From contig JAPEUG010000174.1 in assembly GCA_026025795.1 (NCBI GenBank), positions 1-33,966 on the forward strand: a stretch of DNA of 33,966 nucleotides. The letters are read 5' to 3'. The notes under the pieces are model-generated. The model saw nothing but the letters and a program-made list of their open reading frames with translations. It did no database searches and was not told the origin of the DNA. This document shows positions 30,756 through 33,966 of the stretch, piece after piece (position 1 is the stretch's first letter; every line of letters starts with the position of its first letter). A program made the position numbers and the translations under genes. The DNA comes from Thelocarpon superellum (Eukaryota).

Positions 30756-33700
30756 ATGGCCGAAGTCGAGCAACCCCCAAGTGAGGTCACGACCGACTCA
30801 CAGCCACCAGCCCCGGCAGAACCTACCAACGGCACGACGACAGCCGCGGAGAGCAACGGCGATGCGGCCAAAACGCAGTCGTCCAAGGTCGAGGCGAAAG
30901 CGGGCAAGAAAGATGCGGTCCCCCCGAAGCGCCCCTTGACCACCACGAAGCGGCCGTCGACCACCACGACCCCATCGACGACGAAACCCACCTCATCCAC
31001 CTCGGCGCGCACCACAGCGACTACCACTAGCAGCGGCCTCAATAAGCCTCCGACGCGCCCGCTCCCGGGCACGGCCACACGGCGGCCGGCGGGCAGCGCT
31101 ACCGGCGCACCGAGCGCCAGTGCCAGTCACAAGTCGCAGCCCTCCACCAGCTCCACCGATGAGGCCCGTGCCGTGTCGAAGCGTTCCTCCTTGGCTCCCT
31201 CCACGTCTACTCGCTCCCCCATGACCAAGTCCGTGGCCTCGACCTCAGACCGGCGCTCGACCATCACGCCGGGCACTGGCGCAGGTCGTAAGACCGAGGC
31301 CACGGCTACTCCTCCCACCACCACCACCACCTCCTCCTCCACAACTGTCAAGCCCAGAGCTTCTGTGGGTCCTACATCGCCCACCAAGACGGCCGCCACC
31401 AAGTCGACATCCCAGCCATCCAAGCCGACATCCCAACCAACCAAGCTCGCAACCCAGCCGACCAAGCCTACATCCCACCCGACCAAGCCTGCAGTAAGCG
31501 GCATCGTATCGGACGCAAAGAAGCGGCTCAGCTCGATCGTGGGAACGCCGGCGGTCCCAGCGCGTGGTCTCACCCGACCGGAGCGTGATTCTAGTGCTCC
31601 CACCAAGGAGGAGACAGCAAGCCTGAAGGAGCGGATTAAGGATCTTGAGGCCGAGGTGGGTACGCTACGGGAGAAGAGCCAAGAAGGAGAAGACGCCGCC
31701 ACCCCTGAAGAAGTCGCCGCCCTCAAGGCGCAAGCGCAGGCGAGCGAGGAGAAGGTAAGGAGCATCCGCAACGGTCGTGATGATAGCACGCCGCACGACG
31801 GACGCGAGGCTGATATCGTATAGGCAACTGCCCTCGAGGAAGAACTGCGCGGTGCGCAGCATAAACTCCTCGAGCTGGGTGAGGCGGTGGGTCAACAATC
31901 GGAGATTGTCGGAAACGCCGAGAAGAGGATTCGCGCTGAGCACGCGGCCATCATCGAGGAGCTCAAGACCTCCCACCAAGCTCACATCGAAGAGCTTCAA
32001 GCAAAATCGCGCGAGCAAGAGGCCGCCCATAAGGATGCCCTCACCACCAAGGACGGCGAGATCAAGTCGGCGCACGAGAGCACGTCCACGATCCAGACCC
32101 AGCTGGAGACACAACTCTTATCGATACAAGCGGCGCATAGCGAGCTGCAATCCAAACACGAGAAGACGATCCAGGATCTCCAGTCCCAGCATGAGACGGC
32201 CATCAAGTCGCTGACGGATCAACACGCGGCTGCCTTGAGCCAGGGTAACGGGCAGGCGGAAAGTGTCAAAGCCAGCAAAGACAAGGAATTGGACGACGTG
32301 CGCCAGCAGCACCAAGCATCTCAGAAAGCGCTACAAGACCAGCTCACCCAGATCCAGGCGGCACATGCCACGGCGCTCGAGGTGGAGACGAGCAAGTCCG
32401 AGAAGGCGCATCTCGAGCTGTCGAGCCTGAAGAAGGCCCTGGAAACCTTGGATGAAGACAGCAAAGCCAAGGATGGGCAGCATAGCGCCGCGCTGGCTCG
32501 TCTGCAGGCCGAGGCTGACTCCTCGTCCAAGGCTGCGGAGGAGCGAAGCAAAGAGATTGCCTCGATCAAGGAGAAGCATCGGAACGAGTTGAAGAGCCTG
32601 GGGGACGATCACGCCGCCGAATTCGAGGCGCTCGAGACCAACTTGGAATCGAAACAGAAGGAGCGGATCGCGGAGCTACAGGCCGAGCATGCCACACTAT
32701 CCAAGGCCAAGGAGGACGCCGCCAAAGTCCACGAGGAGTCGTTGAAGTCGCTCAAGACCGAGCACGCCACGGCGCTCGCGAAAGAAGCGACACAGTTGAA
32801 GAAAGGATTCGAGAAGCAGCTGGCTGGTCTAAAGGCCGCGCACGCCGAACTCATGTCCAAGGTCAAGAAGGAGCACGCGGAGTCCTTGGCGAAGAAGAAT
32901 GCCGAGCTGAAGACCCATAAGGAGGAGGCGGCGCAATCAGCGAGCGCATTCGAAACGCTCAAGAATACCCCGCCGGATGATTCAGAGGCCAAGAAGTACA
33001 AGGGTCAGCTCGAGAGCCTGAACGCTGAATTGGCAAAGGAGCAGATGTCTGCCGCCCGGATTCGCGAGGAGCTCGAGGCGGTGAAGAAAGCCAAGCCCGA
33101 CACGTCGGAAGCCGACCAGCTGAAGAAGGACCTTCAGGAGTTGACGATGCGCCACGCCGACGAGATCACCAAACTGAGCGACTCCGCCGGAAGCGAATCG
33201 GCCAAATCGAAGAAAGCGCTGCAAGAGCATGAGAAGACGAAGGGCGAGCTGGGAAAGGCGCTGGCGGAGGCGAAGACGCACCAGGCAAACCACGCCAAGG
33301 CTTTGCATGAGCTTGACCTCCAACAATCAAATGCGGCCAAGGCGCAAGGCGAGGCGAAGGAATCCAAGGGCAAGATCGAAGCGCTCGAAAAGGGTATCAG
33401 TGCGGCCAAGGAACAGCATGAAGGACTGGCAGCTGAGCTCAAGACGGCGCAAGGGAACGCGGCGACCAGTGCCAGCAAGGTCAAGGAGATCGAGGCCGAG
33501 CTGAAGACGACGCTGGCCGACATGAAGCGGCTGACCTCCCAAGACGGTGGGGCGGCCGGAGCGAAGCCGGGACTGGGCGTGAGCAAATGGGCAGCGGAGG
33601 GGGGAGATGAGAGTCACGACAAGGCGGCAGGTGAGGGCGAGGATCCCTCCGTCCCCGCAATTGTCAGGCTGCCTGCCCTCTTCTCAGATCAATGCTAATG

Positions 33701-33909
33701 CACCTGGTGTTGCAGCTAGCGGGGATGCAGACGCAGTTGACGCAGCTTGAAGAAGTCAATGAAGAGCTACAGCACGAGGCCTCCCGGTGGGTGTCATCTC
33801 TTCTCCTCTCGATCCGACATCATCTGGGCTCACACAGCATTACCCTTCTAGGATGGTCAAGATCATGTCGGGCGTCTCCGATCCAGGACAGCCGCACGTC
33901 GTAGTCTGA
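30756..33909 (+). CDS. Large protein with a disordered S/T/P/K-rich N-terminus and a long coiled coil (exons 30756-31754, 31824-33662, 33716-33786, 33852-33909; ~988 aa)
   Basis: ACA-ATGG start. Introns are GTAAGG..GCTGAT..TAG, GTCAGG..GCTAAT..CAG and GTGGGT..TAG. About 600 aa of E/K/A/Q/L-rich helical repeats. The last intron is less certain; read-through would stop at 33904. Confidence 0.8.
31407..31490 (+). repeat. In-frame 21-nt tandem repeat x4 encoding TSQPSKP/TSQPTKL/ATQPTKP/TSHPTKP
   Basis: Read directly in DNA and protein. Confidence 0.85.
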
Positions 33910-33966
33910 GGAGAGCGATGAGACGAGCCTATACCAGCCGTCACCTGCGTCATCACGAATGCCTCA

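Noticed and set aside
1..33966. TPP riboswitch, tRNA, snRNA, SRP, RNase P/MRP or telomerase RNA
   Set aside because: I found none of the conserved signature motifs by eye. A covariance-model search is needed to exclude them properly.

Overview
Gene-dense, GC-rich window from a filamentous ascomycete (Pezizomycotina-type genes with short GT-AG introns and CTRAC-like branch sites). It is eukaryotic, so the raw ORF track splits most genes. Hand-splicing gives 11 protein-coding genes, each closing in frame: a Gap1-family amino acid permease (+), an intronless orphan secreted protein (-), the E2 enzyme Ubc8 (+), a YANK/STK32-like AGC kinase (+), a membrane-anchored GH5 exo-1,3-beta-glucanase of ExgD type (+), a 67-aa Cys-rich CaaX microprotein (-), a secreted GH16 glucanase (-), the PP2A activator Rrd1/PTPA (-), a protein with a degenerate C-terminal telobox-like Myb domain (+), adenylosuccinate lyase Ade13 (-) and a long coiled-coil protein (+). 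The most striking structure is in UBC8. Its conserved N-terminus is recovered only by splicing a chain of micro-exons of 8 nt, 3 nt and 1 nt, with one Met codon assembled from three exons (A|T|G); skipping the 1-nt exon gives a premature stop. I recognised no tRNA, rRNA, transposon or CRISPR. All family assignments come from motif recognition by eye, with no database search.
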